The translations under genes and the position numbers were made by a program. From contig OZ336884.1 in assembly GCA_965287045.1 (NCBI GenBank), positions 45,942,001 to 46,006,000 of the forward strand: a stretch of DNA of 64,000 nucleotides, given 5' to 3'. The stretch's first letter is position 1. Each line of letters starts with the position of its first letter. The DNA comes from Carcharhinus amblyrhynchos. Its lineage: Eukaryota. Below the pieces are notes generated by a model. The model saw only the letters and a list, made by a program, of their open reading frames with translations, searched no databases and had not been told where the DNA came from. Shown piece by piece: positions 35,760 to 50,219 of the stretch.

Positions 35760-37360
35760 AGTTATATCCACAAAAAAAATTTCCAAGCATGATTATCCTT
35801 TTATAATATGTTGATTTTCTCTCACAATAATATGATTTTCTAAATGCCTTGATACAGTTCCTTAATAATGGATTTCAAACATTGCCCCACAACTGATGCC
35901 CAGCTAAATAACCGAAGGTTCGCTGTTTTATCTCTCTTTGTTTACTTAAATAGTAGTGTTACTGTTCTACCTTCCAAATCACTGCAATCCTTGTGAATCT
36001 AGAAAATTTTGGAAGATCTCAATCAGCATATCAACACTCTCTGCAGCCACCTGTTTCAGAATTCTAAGACGTAAATCAGGTCTCTGGAATTGGTCAGGTT
36101 TTAGTCCCATTATTTTTCCCAGTATGTATTCTTTACTAATAGTAATTACGTTAAGTTCCTTATATGTTTTCTGTGTCTTCCATTATGACAGAAGATATTT
36201 GTTTACTGACCTCTACCATTTCCTTATTCCCCATTATAGTTTCACCTGCCTCAACCTGAATAACCCACATTTATTTTCACTGTTGTCTTTCTTTCTTGCA
36301 TTTTTGTAAAATCTCTGATAATCTGTTTTTGTATTTCTGTCCAGTTCACTCTCCCTCTAAATCTCTTCCAGGTGCTTGCCTTCTACTCCTCTTGGCAACA
36401 TTGTAAGCTTCTTCTTTTAATAATATCCTTAACCTCTTTAGTTCGCCAATGATGAATTATTTTTGCCATTGTGCTTTTATTTCTCAATGGCATAGAAATT
36501 CATTGAGAATTGTGAAATATTTATTTAAGCTGTTCACCTACCTATCTACTGTTAATTTCTTAATCTACCTTAGCCAACTCCTGTTGCATATTTATGTACT
36601 TGGCTTTATTTAAGTTTTGTGTCCTCGTTTCAGATGCATGTACATCATATCAAATATTGTCACATTTTGGTCACTCTTCTTAGTATCACAGTTATTAATC
36701 ATCTAAAAATTAAATATCTCAAAAATGGTAATCTCTTTCCTGGTTGATTCCGTGCCAGATTGCTCCAGTCTACCATCTTAAATGCAAAACGTGAACTCAT
36801 CCTCCAAATTACTTTTTGGACTCGTGAATTGCCAATAGGCTTGTCCAATCTATATTAAGTTGAAGTCACTACAATTATTGCTTTGCCATTTTGTTAGATG
36901 TTTGTTTTATTTCCTGACTCTCAATATGCTGTTCAACAATATAGCCACCATCAGGAATTTCATAACTACTCCCACTGTTTTTTGCACCTTTTTTTTCCCC
37001 TGTCTCTACCATAATGATTCTTCTTTCTGATCTTCTGAGCGAAGAACCTTTTTTTTAAACTGTCCTTACGTGTTTACTGTTCCTCAAGACTACCTGTCAC
37101 CACCACCCCTCACCCACTTTCCATTTTTTTATATCTCTTCAAAACATCAGTTACCTGGGATATTTAGTTCTTCACTTGGACACCGTGAAAATGATGTCTC
37201 TGTAATGGCTATGAGATCAAAACAATGTGTCTCCATTTGTGCCATTAACTTGATGATTTTGTTATGAATGGTGCGCAATTGAATGCTTTGTCCCTTCTTG
37301 ACATATTTTGCTTACCTTTACCCAAATCACTGCATTGCTCCATGACCTTGACTTTTCTCT
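35760..37360 (-). mobile_element. Decayed CR1 ORF2 fragment
   Basis: Patchy similarity to 20600-22260 (APE to early RT). Confidence 0.65.
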
Positions 37361-38145
37361 TTAGATTTATAAATTTTACTCATCCGAATATGCCCCTGTT
37401 TAGTTCAAGTAAGTTAGTGCCTTTTACTATAAGTAAAAGAAAAGTAGGCAATGGCCCAATAACATGTCAGTTTCAGCTTATTACAAAACAAAGGGTACTT
37501 CCACTTGCCAGACCCAGCCTCAACCAAACCTCAGGGAATGAAACAGGCCGAGTTCTTTTCGACTGAAAATTGCTGCTGCAAGTACCTTTTGGGATTATCA
37601 TTGACACTTCTGATGGATAATAATGGCAGTTATTGCTTGTAGTTACATTGCTATTCTATATAGTTTGCAAGGACCGAGCAGAAAGATGAAAGATGTGAAG
37701 AGCACGTTAAATGGAAGAATGCAATATGATGGAGAAATTTAAAATTCAGCTTTAACAGAACTGCAAAAATGGTCACCAGTTTTCTGATTTTATACAAATA
37801 AATGTAAATCTGTAACATTTGCTTTGACCCTGGATTTTGCTCTTCCTGGTGATGCAGTGGTTCATCTCGCTGACAGCTGAGCACACAGAGCTTTTGCAAG
37901 AATCCTCTGTGCGGTGCCCTCTACAGAAAATCTGTGGCATGTCAACAGAGCAAGCAACAGTGAGGCTCTTTTTCTTAAACAGACTGAAGAACTCTCACCG
38001 AGTTTTGCAAAGTCTATGGCCAGGCCAAAAAAAAAGATTTTGATTTTGAACAGAAAGCTTTTTTTAAAAAAAACTGGCAAGACTGATGGCATTAACAGAA
38101 TAGATAAAGGAACAGACAGAAGCAATGGAGATTTTAAAAAAAATT

Positions 38146-38325
38146 CCTCCCACACTCCAAAGATGTGTAGGTTAGGTGGATTGGCCATGATAAATTGGCC
38201 CTTGCCGTCGGGGGAATTAGCAGAATAAATATGTGGGGTTATGGGGATAGGCCAGGGTAGGATTGTTGTCAGTGCAGACTTGATGAGCTGAATGGCCTCC
38301 TTCTGCATGCAAGGATTCTATGATC
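38146..38325 (+). mobile_element. HE1-like SINE 3' half
   Basis: TTCCTCCCACACTCCAAAGATGTG...GGATTCTATGAT. Confidence 0.85.
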
Positions 38326-38344
38326 CAACTTTTTCAACTGCCTT

Positions 38345-39125
38345 TCCAAGAACAACTTTCATTTATATAGCCCCTTTTTATTAAATTAAAGCATCCCAAA
38401 GGGTTCACTGGAGCATTATCAAATAAAATTTGGCACCAGGTTACCCTAAAGGAAAGTCTTGACAGAGTATGAGAGATTTTCAGAAGGGCATTCCAGAGCT
38501 TTGGCTCTAGGCAGCCGAAGGCATGGCCACCGATAGTAATTAAAATTGGAGCCGTTCGAGAGGCCAAATGCAGATATCCAGTATAACAGTAGAGCTTGAG
38601 GAGATGACAGAGAAAGGGCCTGGTAAGGCCACGGAAGGATTTAAAGACGAGCAAGATAAATTTTGAATTGAAGCATTTCTTAACTGGGAGCTCATGTTGG
38701 TAAACTACCATGAGGTGATGGGTGATTAGGGTTTGGCACAAGTTAGAATGCAGGCAACATAATTTTGTATGAGCTTAAAGTCGCGGACACTGGAAAGCAC
38801 CAGTCTACAGTGCATTGGAACAATCGAGTCTAGAATGACAGAGGAATAGAATGTGATTGCAGCAGCAAATGAGATGAGAGAGGGGAGTAGTCAGGCAGTG
38901 TCACAGAGGTGGATATACATAGTTTTGCAATAGTGTTTATCAGTTACTAGAACCAATCTCATGGTCAAATATGGCATCAAGGTAGTCAGGAATCTTTTGA
39001 GCCTGTACAGTTAATAAGGAGAGGGATAGTCAATGGCTGGGGAACAGGGTTTGTGGCAGGAACTGAAGACAGTGACTTTGGCCTTCCAAATATTTAGCTG
39101 GAGGAAATTTCTGCTTGGCCAAAAA
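38345..39125 (-). mobile_element. L2 LINE 3' remnant
   Basis: ORF 38334-38741: HELPVKK...KFILLVFKS...GGHAFGCLEPKLWNAL matches the L2 C-terminus (LHWLPV...GGRAFS...LWNSLP type). Confidence 0.8.
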
Positions 39126-39149
39126 TTTATGGAGAATTAATGGATAATA

Positions 39150-39350
39150 CTGTAAGTTCACATGGCTACTGATTTCAGCGCTGTGGATATTAGTGACGTC
39201 TGTTATAGAGCACTCTACGAAGATATCTCTAACTGCAACTTCTATATCTCTGCATTTAACTACATACATATTCCAGAAGTTGTTGTCAGATTTCCTCTCT
39301 TAGAATAGTGAGTGTCAGTAGCCTCGCCGGTATTCCCAACAGAAATTCTG
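39150..39350 (-). pseudogene. Candidate exon remnant
   Basis: EVAVRDIFVECSITDVTNIHSAEISS resembles a V.VWD...N.H..EIS WD40 junction. Boundaries unclear. Confidence 0.45.
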
Positions 39351-40049
39351 AGCCTGTGTATTTACGTAGTCATAAGTGAAGCTTCATTCTTACTGTTTAC
39401 AGGACCAATATTGTTGCAAAAAAAAATCCTGAAGTAATCATTAAAATCTTGTCAGTAGCAAATGTTTCACACTTCATCAAAATGTCACGTGTGGGGTTGT
39501 TATTTCAGTATTTCAAGTCCACAACATTGCAAAGAGATGAAAACGTTAATTAGTCAGATGGCAATAATTCAGAAATGTTATGTAATAACTGTCACAGTAT
39601 GAAATCCAAGGACTTGTAACCAGACTTGTGTAGTCATTTGTTGTCAACTGTGACAAATCTAATGAAATACTTTGCAATGGATATTTCAAATCAGCAATGT
39701 TAATGAGTCTGCCCAGAGTGTTTCTTTAAATTGCAGTTTACAATAATGGCCTATACAAGCATGCATTCATCCTGCCCAATTTACAGTTTACTCAAACAAA
39801 TGTTTAATTTATATTAAACATATAATACTGTTATGCATTCTGGTTCTTGTCTGATTTCCATGAACAGCTAACCAAAGTTTTTAAGTACCAACATATTTAA
39901 GAAGCGAGATGACAGTTACTGATTTTTGAATTGGAATTTATCTTTTATGTCATTGATAACGGAAAGAACCACTATGTAGAGCTTTTAATACTGTAATGTC
40001 ATGGGAAAACATCAGAAGTTATTATTAACAATGTTATAACAGGGCACTC

Positions 40050-41345
40050 AAATTTAAGGTAATCAGGCAGAGTCAACAAAGCTTTCTGGAAGGGAAATCA
40101 TGTTTGACCAATTTACTGGAGCTCTTTGGGGAAGAAAGATGTGCTCTGGATAAAGGGGAACCAGTGAATGTGCTGCACTTGGATTTCAACAAAGCATTTG
40201 ACAAGATGTCATATCAAAGGTTACTGTAGAAACTGAAAGCCTGTGGATGTACGGTGTACCATCTTGGCATGGATAGAAGCTTGGCTAGGTAACAGGAAAC
40301 AGAGAGTAGGCTTAAATAGGTCGTACGTGTGAATCTGAAGTTGGCAAGATGTAATGAGTGGCATGCAACAGGAATAAGTGCGGGACCCTTAACTTTTCAC
40401 AATTTATATTAATGATTTGGATGAAGGGACAGAAGGTATGGTTGCTAAATTTGTTGATGATACAAAGAGATGGGAATGTAAGCTGTGAAGATGACATACG
40501 GAGTCTACAAAGGGATATAGATCGGTAAGTGGGTAGGCGAAGATCTGGCAAATGGAGCACGAGGTGGGAAAATGTGAAATTGTTTATTTTGGAGGAAGCA
40601 TAAAAAATAGCTCATCATCTAAATGGTGCGAGATTGCAGAGTACTGAGATGCCCAAGGATCTGGGGGTCCTTTTCATGAATCGCAAAAGATTAGTCTGTC
40701 AGTATACCAAGTAATAAGGAAAGCTAATGGAATGTTATTGTATATTGAAAGGGTAATTACATATAAAAGTAGGAAGCTTATACCTTAGTTATACAGGACA
40801 CTGGGTGAGACCAAATTTGGAGTACTGTTGTACAGCATTGACCGCCTGATTTAAGGAAAGATGCAAATTGATAGGAAGCAGTTCACAGAACATTTTCTAG
40901 ACTAATATCTGCAACGGGCAATCTTGAGGAAAGGTTGAGCAGGCTAGGCTTGTATCCATTGGAGTTTTGAAGGGTGATTGCAACATATTCACGATCCTGA
41001 GATATGTTGACAGAGTGGATGTAGAAAAGATGTTTTCTCTTGTGGCAGAATCTAGAACTAAGGATCTTTGTTTAATATTTGGGGGTTGCCCTTTTAAGAC
41101 AAAGGCAAGAGTGATTTTCTTTTTGTCTCGGGGGTTATGAGTCATTGGAACTCTCTTCCTCAAAAGACAGTGAAAGCTTTGAGCACATTTTAGAAAAGAC
41201 TAGTCAGACAGAAGGGGATAAAAGATTATCACAGTAGGTAAGAATGTTGAGTTGAGGTTGCAATCAGATCACCCATGATCTTATTGACTGGTGGAGTAGG
41301 CTCAAGGGCTGAATGGCCTATTCCTGCTCCTAATTCATATGTTCC
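40050..41345 (+). mobile_element. Decayed CR1 3' half
   Basis: GKSCLTNLLE, LDKGEPVNVLHLDFNKAFDK and KFVDDTK remnants, with a 3' UTR ending TTCATATGTTC. Confidence 0.9.
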
Positions 41346-42519
41346 CACAAAATCCTGATGAATGACAAATCATTAATATTTCAGAACAGATCCTGGACCA
41401 AAGGCAATTTTTGGATCACTAAAATTCTACAGTGTATCCATTAGCCAAATAGTGATACTTACAGAAAATATATGATGAAGACTTCCATTGTTAGGATTAC
41501 ATGGTTCTCTTTTCATTGCGATGAACATTTAGCCCTCAACACAACAGAACCAATGTTGACATCAATCCACTGAAAATAGTACCGAAATGGGCCTTAGAAA
41601 TTACACAATGCTTATATTCCGACACTGTGTACTTTACATTAACTACGAACACAATACTTGTTATCTTAGAGACATAATAGAAGTCTTTCATGCCACTCAG
41701 TCTGTTGTGGAATTCTATTGATCTTAAGCTCTGATGTATGAATTAGAAGGCTGATGTGCATCCCTAATCTACGCTGCTGCAACCAGAAATGAATTTAGTC
41801 TTTTCTACATAGGCTCATTGATGTTTTTGACTGATCCATCAGGTCGAATACAAAGAAAGAAAATTTAAATCTCTCTTTAATGTCTTTACCTATCCCTGTT
41901 TTATTTTAAAACACTTAATTCTTTTGGCAGTTTCTAATTAGTGATGTAGGGTTCATTTCCCACAGCTTGTGCATATCTTCAGATGATGCTGACAGCTTAG
42001 GTCTTTGTTTCTTTTCTCTGTTTGTTTATATCCTACCTAGTCACCCATGAACCTTGTACGTTAGCAATCAAAACTGTTTCCACAGTGGCACCTGTACTAT
42101 ACAAATTAATTGCCCTCCCACTGACCTAACAAACTTTACAGATTTGGGGGCGTTCAGTATTGAAAATTTTGTCAGCTATTTCTACCATCATTGGAACTAC
42201 ACACATGACAGCAACATCACAGTACATATGGAGCATTAAGTCACTGAAGAATAAGGAAAATAATTTTGACTTATTTATTAAAATTCCCTTCTAAAGGAAT
42301 ATTTCAGACAAGACGTACAAAAGTGATACTCTCTTCTGAAAGACAATTATAAATTGTAACATCAAATTCAAGTCTTTTGAAGATGGTTTAACGCAGGGAG
42401 ACATTGCTGTACAAAGTTGAGGGATGTATTTTCAAACTCCAGCATCACTATGTTCCCAATTATAGTTTTATGACAAAGAGCAGGAATTAGCATGCAACTC
42501 ACCATGTGTTTCATGGCAG

Positions 42520-43730
42520 CGGGAGACAGTCTGCCATTCAATGGGATCATGACTAATCTAACTGTAACCGTTACAACACATTCCAGCCCACCCCCAATAA
42601 CCTTTCGCCCCCTTGTACACAATACTCCATATACAGTCTCGCCAATGGCCTGTATAAATGAAGCATAACCTCCCTAACTTTTTGCAATCAATTCCCATCA
42701 CAATAAGCAACAACATCGTTAACTTTCCGAATTACTTGTTAGACCTGTATACTAGCCTTTTATGATTCATACACACCCAAGTCCTCAATCTCAGAGCCCT
42801 GCAATCTCTCTTCATTTAGGTAACAAGTTTCTTATTTATTCTTCCTGCCAAGATGGACTATTTCACATTTTCCTACTTCGTACTCCATTTGCCAGATCTT
42901 TGCCCACTCTCAATCTTCACCCCCATGGCTTTAATGCCCTTCCTCAATTGCAGTGCCCAAAACTACATACATTCAATCACTTACCTATAATTTATATCAC
43001 TTCTTCACTACAGCATTCTGTGGTTCTGTGCATCAAGCTTAAAAATGCTATTGGCCTTTACTAGCCTGCAGTCATAAGTAATTATTTTATTTTTGTACTT
43101 CATGTGACATATCTGAAATTTTGTAATAAGCATCTTGAGATATCTTAATAAAATGAATATACGCTACATCTATATTCCCATTATTACAGAATCACAAAAT
43201 TATGCAGCACAAGACAGCTATTCAGCCTACCCTGCCTGTGCCAGTTCTTTGGTATAGCTATCCAATTAGTCCCCTTCCCCTGAGGTTTCCATCATTATTC
43301 CTGTGAAGAAATGTCCTTCATATATTCAGCAATATTCCTTTGGAAAGTTACTACTGAATCTACTTTCACAACCTCAGGGAGTGCCTCTCAGATCATGAGC
43401 CTATATTCACATTGACCAAAATATCATAGGCAATCACCATAAATCTGCATTCTTTGGTTATTGACCCTTTTGCCTCTGAAAATAATTCCACCTTATTTAC
43501 TCTATCAAAGGATTTTGAACACCTCAATCAAATCTCCTCTTAACCTCTGATGTCAACATCCTCAGTTACTCCAGTTTCTATAAGCAAGACTGCCATCCCA
43601 GGTACCAGTCTAGTAAATCTCTTCTCCACGCTCTCCAAGGTCATGACATCCTTCCTGAATTATGGGGTACCCAGAATTGACCACAACATTCCAGCTGAAG
43701 CCAAATCAGAATTTTATGAAAGTTCATTTT
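42520..43730 (-). mobile_element. Decayed CR1 3' fragments (two or more)
   Basis: Similar to 19400-20230 at ~42580-42915 and ~43190-43725. Confidence 0.65.
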
Positions 43731-43939
43731 CATGGCATCTGCAACTTTTGAAATTGTATCCTGTCCAATCAGTCACTGTTCATCAATTCAGAGTTATAGG
43801 GTTGAATTTTTAAACCCACTCAGGGTGGGAACAGAGGCAGATGGGCATGGAATTTCACATTGTCCACTTGGGTGCCAGTTCCTCCATGCTGCCTTTGGTA
43901 AATGGCCAAAAGGAAGGATGGAGATAAGTTGAGATCCTA

Positions 43940-46335
43940 CTTTTTAACTTCCTAGCAGGCTCCAGAAAATCTAACCATAGGACTTCAATAGCTGGTCTAC
44001 GTTGTTGGTACCAACTTCTGGCTTATTTCATTCCCCCTGCAGAATATTCTGCATGCTTTCCATGATGTTGTCACTCTGGCAACAAATCATGCAGAACTAA
44101 CTAGAAATTACTTGTTTGTTTCCCTAACAATGGAATTGCCCATCATGACAGTATTTTGATCCTATGATGCTCTTCTTGCTCATTGGTACTATGGTCCAGA
44201 CTGAAATCTTTCAAGATGTCTTCACTCCCCAGCAGCGTCTCACATGGAGTACCGGTTCACATCCTGAAGAGCCCTGCATTTCCTACCTTTTCAGGATGGC
44301 CATCCATTTCATACCCTTAAATCTCTCTGCCTGTAGTGTGTTCGCTTCCTGGTATTGACAATTCAGGGAACTGCCAGTTGCCCATAGTGACTTCAGCTGT
44401 CCCTCAAGCTCAGAAATCCTGGGCTTGAACTCAAACAGCTAGACACACTTCAAACATCGTCTCTGAGATGCATGAAACATCAAGTTCACAAATAGCACAA
44501 GAACTGCTGCCTGCATGTCTCAGCTGCCCATCCTTGGCCTATAAAAATCTCTTCTCTCTCAGAATCTGGTTGGTACTTCATTTAAACAATCAATTTTTAA
44601 TCAATGGCTCTAACCCTTGTTAATAGTCATTATTTATTCTCTTGTCATATTTAATCAAATTGAAGTTTTTTTTAAATTTCCTAGTTTGAACACATTCCTT
44701 AGCAGGAGAGAGAACGAGAAATATGCACCAGCCACTTACCTGCTTTCCCTGTTCCCCCGTTGAATATTTTCCCCCCAACTTGAACCGCTTGCATGAAACC
44801 TCTTCTGGCTATACTTTAGTGCAAGAAACAAAAGTTAAGAATTTGCCATCAATTGTTGTTTGAGAAACTGGTCTCATGTTGCCAAATTCATCCTTCTTGT
44901 ATTACTTATATGTCTCCTTTACAGTTCCCCAATGCAATGTGCATGTTTAAGGAGGTTTGCAAAATTGTAGCTGAAACTTCTGCTATCTTCTATCAGACTT
45001 CTTTCAGAAGCCTAGGATCATGCTGTCTGGCTTTGATGAATGATCCATCTGAATTATGCTTTTTTTTTGGAAAGAAAAACATGAATTCCTAGTTATAATT
45101 ACATTGAACCATTGTTTCGTTTTCCTCTAGTACACCTACATTACCAAATGTTTCATGGCCAAAATTTTACATTGAACACATGGGTGGCACCCCACTCAGA
45201 ATCATGTGAAATCGCACAAAAAGGCACTGGGTGCACCGACTTACAAACATGAGTCAGAAGCATTTCAGCCAATAGTTAAACAGGCAAGTAAGCCCAGTAA
45301 GGAGCCAACTGTTGGAGACTGTCAACTGTAAAGGTTGGACTGGCCAATCAGCCAGATGACCTTCACATTTTTGCTACAATCTCCATCCAGGGTGGAATAT
45401 ATTTGTCTAAATAAAAGACAATTTTTGAATGATGAAGTTCTATCTAATCTGCTGTCAGGTGTTTGAATTTTTTGAATGGGCACAACTTGCAGCATTTTAT
45501 TGAACTTATTTCATGCTCACACTACTGCAACTCCCTGAGGCAGCTCCATTGCAGCTGTCAGCCTTCAGGAAATGCTCACTGCACCCTCACTTCTCCTGGT
45601 GCCATCCTTCTTTCCAATCCTCCTACCCCATCTCCAGAAACACCGAGTCTTTCTCACTATGAGTTTTACACTGGCTGCCAGTTAATTAACCAGCCACTGT
45701 GAAATTGTGGTCATGATTAGAAGCATGTCTGCTTCTGTGCCCAGCAACTGTGATGATTGGAAGACTTAGACTCATGTCTCTCAAATTTTTACTATTGTGC
45801 ATACAATTTCATCCTATTTTCTTTTGGGAGAAGTACTAGATATTTCTCATTCCCTCATTTTCATAGTTCTCCTTTTCACCTTTGCAGTACATTTTATTTA
45901 ATAATCTTGAATATTTCCAACTCTACTTAATTCAGTCTTCCTTTTTAAGTTTGTTTAGTTCTAATTTTTCCATTCACATAGCTTTGTCCTTTGATGTGCA
46001 CACTTTTCATCTCATGGGATAATATTTACTTGATGCTCTATCCATTTCACCACAGCACAGTTAATTTAAGCCATGTCTTTTTATTTCTCTAAAGTTTCTT
46101 TTGTTCAACCCAGCATCATTATATTTTTCAATTTTTACATTAAATCTGATAGGCAGTAGTCCTTCATTTCATGTTGTTTTTCTACTCACACATCAGTTAC
46201 ATACCCGACTTCATTTTTCAGAACTATATCAAGTAAGACTTCTTTCTTTGTTGGACTCAAAATACATTGCTGTAGGAAACAGTCTTTGATGCATTCTAAA
46301 AATAATTCCCCAGTTGCTTCTACATTGTGTGCCAA
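43940..46335 (-). mobile_element. Decayed CR1 ORF1/5' end and ORF2 fragments, with an interleaved MITE
   Basis: CLKCV*LFEFKPRISELEGQLKSL zinc-knuckle/leucine-zipper remnant at ~44390-44460. ELFLECIKDCFLQQCILSPTKKEVLLDIVL (APE) at 46186-46374. Confidence 0.65.
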
Positions 46336-46921
46336 AATTACTTGATGTTTTACTTTTTTTTTACAGAAAGCCATCTGTTACCTACCCTCTCATTTCATGT
46401 CTTTGTGAGATCAGCAGGCAATAGTCTCTGTTCTATTACCAGCTAATGTGAGTCACTGAAGACTATTATTCCCTTGTGTCCATTAACAGTTCTTAGTAAA
46501 ACCTGTTCTCACTCTTACAAAGGTTCTTTAAACAATCACACAGAGCATTTTGATATAGAAGGATAAAATACTAATAACTGTTTTCTTCCACAAAATAGGA
46601 TTTCACTCAGTTAAACGCAATCATCTTAATGCCATTAGGAAATGTTATTTATTCTTTATATCGTATATAATATCACAATGAGTTAGATTGACGTGAGCAC
46701 ATGGATAGTGTACATTCAGTTGAAGTGAAATTTCAATTCTCTGTCACAATGGCAAAAGTTGTGCTACCTTATTGGAAAATAGAAATTGTTGGAAAATAAA
46801 AGTTGCTGTGAAATGTAAAACTATACTCACCAACTTTTCACCTGCAGCATATAACTTCAGTTTTAATATTGTATTTCCTTGCAATTATTTTATTGAATTG
46901 CTCTCAAATAAAAAAAATTTG

Positions 46922-46923
<2 letters not shown>

Positions 46924-46982
<59 letters not shown>
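46924..46982. repeat. (GT)~29 microsatellite
   Basis: Perfect dinucleotide run. Confidence 0.98.
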
Positions 46983-46983
<1 letters not shown>

Positions 46984-47169
46984 AATAAGAACCCCTGTGC
47001 CCAAAAGGCATTTAGGACAGTGGCAGCATCTAAGAGATTCTGCTGGGGAAAAGAAAAGGAAAATACTTGACAAACCCGCCAATCTATTGTTCAAAGGATG
47101 AGGGGAGCTTTGTATCCAAGGGATCTTAAAGATTTTAAAGGGACAAAATGTAAGAGTTATTCATGCATC

Positions 47170-49320
47170 AAAACATACGTAGAAAATAGAAGGCAGAGTA
47201 GGCCATGAGGCACTTCAGATATGTTTGGTCATTCATTTATGATCATGAGTGATGATCAAATTCAATATTCTGATCCTGTCTTCCTCCCAAATTGCACAGA
47301 ATAAAGAGGTCTATAGTGCAGAGGGAGGCCTTGATCCCTTGAGTCCCAAGAGCTATATCTAATTCTTTCTTGATATAACTCAACATCGTGACCTCAACTA
47401 TTTTCTATGGTAGTATTTTCCACACATTTAAGATTGATGTAAGAAGAAATTCCTTCATCCAGAAGTTCTTGAAAGTTTTACCCCATATCCTCAAACTATG
47501 TCCCATAGCTCTGGACCCTGACAATCAAGAACATTCTTTTTGAATCTACCCTGTCTTATGCTAGAATTGTACAAGTTTCTATGAAATCCTCTCTCACTCA
47601 GATTCCCTTTACCCTTCTAAACTCCAATAAATATAATCCTAACCAACTTAGTCTCTCCTCATATGACAGTCCTGTCATCCCAGGAATCAATTTGGTAAAC
47701 TTTCACTATACTCCCCCCATAGCAAACATTGCTCCAATAACATCATTGCTCCAATAAGGACACCAAAATGGCACACAATATAATGGTGTGCAACTTCAAT
47801 GGTGTAGCTTCACAAATGCCCTATACAATTACAGCAAAACATCGCGATCCTCAAATCCTCTCACTATGAAGGCTAAAATACCATTTGCTTTCTTCACAAC
47901 CTGCTATACCTGCACATTTACTTTCAGTGACTGATGCATAAGAGCATCAAAGTTTCACTGGGTATCCATCTCTCTCCATTTACGCCCATTCATACAATAA
48001 CCTGCCTTTCTATTTTTGCTACTGAAGTGGATAACTCTTCCCACTCAACTTTGTATCACCTGCAAATTTGGAGATAATACATTTAGTTCCCTCAGTTAAT
48101 TATTAACATATAATGTGAACAGTTGAGGTATTAGCATAGATCCCTGCAGTACCCCACTGGTCACTACCTGCCAATTAGAAAAAGACCCATTTATTCCAAC
48201 TCTGCTTCCTGCCTGCTAACCAGATTTCTATCCATCTCAAGACACTACCCACAATCCCACACATTTTAACTTTACATAGTAATCTGTTGTGAGAGACCTT
48301 ATCAAAAGCCTTCTGAAAGTCTAACTAAACCACATCCACTGGTTCTTCCTGGATAACTGCGTGAATTACATCCTCAAAAAATTCCAGATGGATCGTCAAG
48401 CAAAATTTCCCTTTCATAGCTCCATCCTCACTTCATCTGATTATACCACTGGTTTTCAAATGCTGTGCTATGAAATCCTTCCTTACTACTAATGTTAGGC
48501 TCAGGAGACGACTGTTCTTGTTTTCTCGCAACCTCCTTTTTTGAATAATAGGCTTACATTAGCTACTCTCCAATTAGTAGGAACCATTCTAGAATTCAAA
48601 GAATTTTAGAAAGTGACCATCAATTAATCTATTATTTATCTGCCTTCAATCCCATTAATTTCTCCAAAACTATTTCTCTACTAATATTGATTTCCTTCAG
48701 GTCTTCACTAAAACTTGTGTTTCTCAGAACTTCCAGTACATTGCTTCTGTCGTCACAAAGGAAGACACAAATGTCACAAATGTTCCCCATTATGAGTTTC
48801 CCCATTTCTGACGATAAGGGACCTACATTTGTTTTTGACAATCTTTTTCTTTTTACATACCTGTAGAAGTTTTTCAGTCAGTTTTTATGTTCCCCACTAG
48901 CTTGCTTTCAAACTCTAATTTCCTTGCTTAATCAATCTCTTGGTCTGTCTTTGCTGAATTTTAAACTGCTCCCAATCTTCAGGTTTATTGTTTTTTCTCA
49001 CCAATTTATATTCTTCTTCTTTGAATCTAGCTTACCTCTAATTTCCCTTTTAAATCACAGTTTGGCCACAGCTCCCTTACCATTATTATGCCAAACAGGA
49101 ATAAATATCTTTTGGAGCTCTTTTATTCATTCTTTAATGCCTACCATTGTCTGTCTGTTGTCCTTCCTTACAGTAATGTTTCCCAGTCCATCATAGTCAA
49201 CTCATGCCTCATACCATCATAGTTACCTTTATTGTGATTCAGGATCTTGGTCTCAGGATCAACTACCTCACTGTGCACCTTGATAAAAAGTTATATTACA
49301 TTATGATATTCATCCCCAAG
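47170..49320 (-). mobile_element. Decayed CR1 ORF2 + 3' UTR
   Basis: KTNVGPL...ISREIVLEKLMGLKADK (48632-48841), plus reverse DFQKAFDKV and SGVLQGS remnants. Confidence 0.85.
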
Positions 49321-49559
49321 GGATGAACTTACAAAATAGAAAACAAGCAGCTGCAAAAATAGTTCAAACTCTTCCAATCCATGAATAACTAAATGGATAA
49401 TTGTCTCTCACTGCTCCATTGAATTACCAACTTGGCCTCTACCACAATGATGGGGCCATTTTCAGGTTTGGAACCAGAGTCCCTGAACAGCACACCTGGC
49501 TCTTTCCCACATGTTGCCATTGTTACACTGTCTCTCTACTCCCCAGTGAATTAAGGGAG

Positions 49560-50100
49560 TGGGGTGGGATGGTAGAATGCATGATTGTTTCTAATTAAAG
49601 GTACTATGGCAGGTTTCAGTGAAGTTTACCAGCACTTGTACTGTTCAGGCTGCAGCAACCACAAGAATGGAGACTTGAGAAGGCTGGATCCTAGGGTACC
49701 TCACTTGTACCTGGAGATCCTACTGAGGGATCTAAGGGCTGCGGTGAACTCTACCAAGGAAGAGAGGAAGAGGACAACCAAGCAGTCATGTATTAAGTGA
49801 CCAAGGAAGTCAGCAGTACGCTCCAATTGTGAGACAGTGCACCAAGAGGATAGAGGAGGCTGAAAAATTGAGTGGCATAACACTTCTGACGCCAAGGCCC
49901 ATAGTATGATTTAACTGGCATTCTCCTGCATGGCACACCACAGACCACCACACTTTTAGCTGCAACCATTTCTATCTCTGCAGGCACAGCATCCCAGCTG
50001 AGTAGCCAACATTCACACTCATCTTATTGCTCCCTCTCACCAATACCTCAGTCACCCTCCCCAAATAGTGTACTCCCTTTGAACAAAAGCCATTATAAGC
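49560..50100 (+). mobile_element. Possible PIF/Harbinger Myb/SANT-like ORF remnant
   Basis: PRVPHLYLEILL...VTKEVSS...RQCTKR resembles the trihelix/SANT protein of Harbinger elements. Frames are broken. Confidence 0.45.
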
Positions 50101-50219
50101 ACTCAACTCCCTGCTTTCTTTTCTTGCAAAAGTGCAACATAAATTGGTGACAGGCACTCTTGAGGGGAATGTGGTGCAGGAGGGGGATGTTGCTGTCGCT
50201 GCTGCCTGCCCCCCACCAC

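Noticed and set aside
37450-37990. Candidate additional exon remnants (QKVLAAAIFSRKELGLF); similarly SHDHHETAVQSA at ~51760-52000
   Set aside because: Order is compatible with the pseudogene, but splice boundaries are unclear, so they are not listed as features.
46772-47101. ORFs with CV/TH repeats
   Set aside because: Translation of the (GT)n microsatellite.
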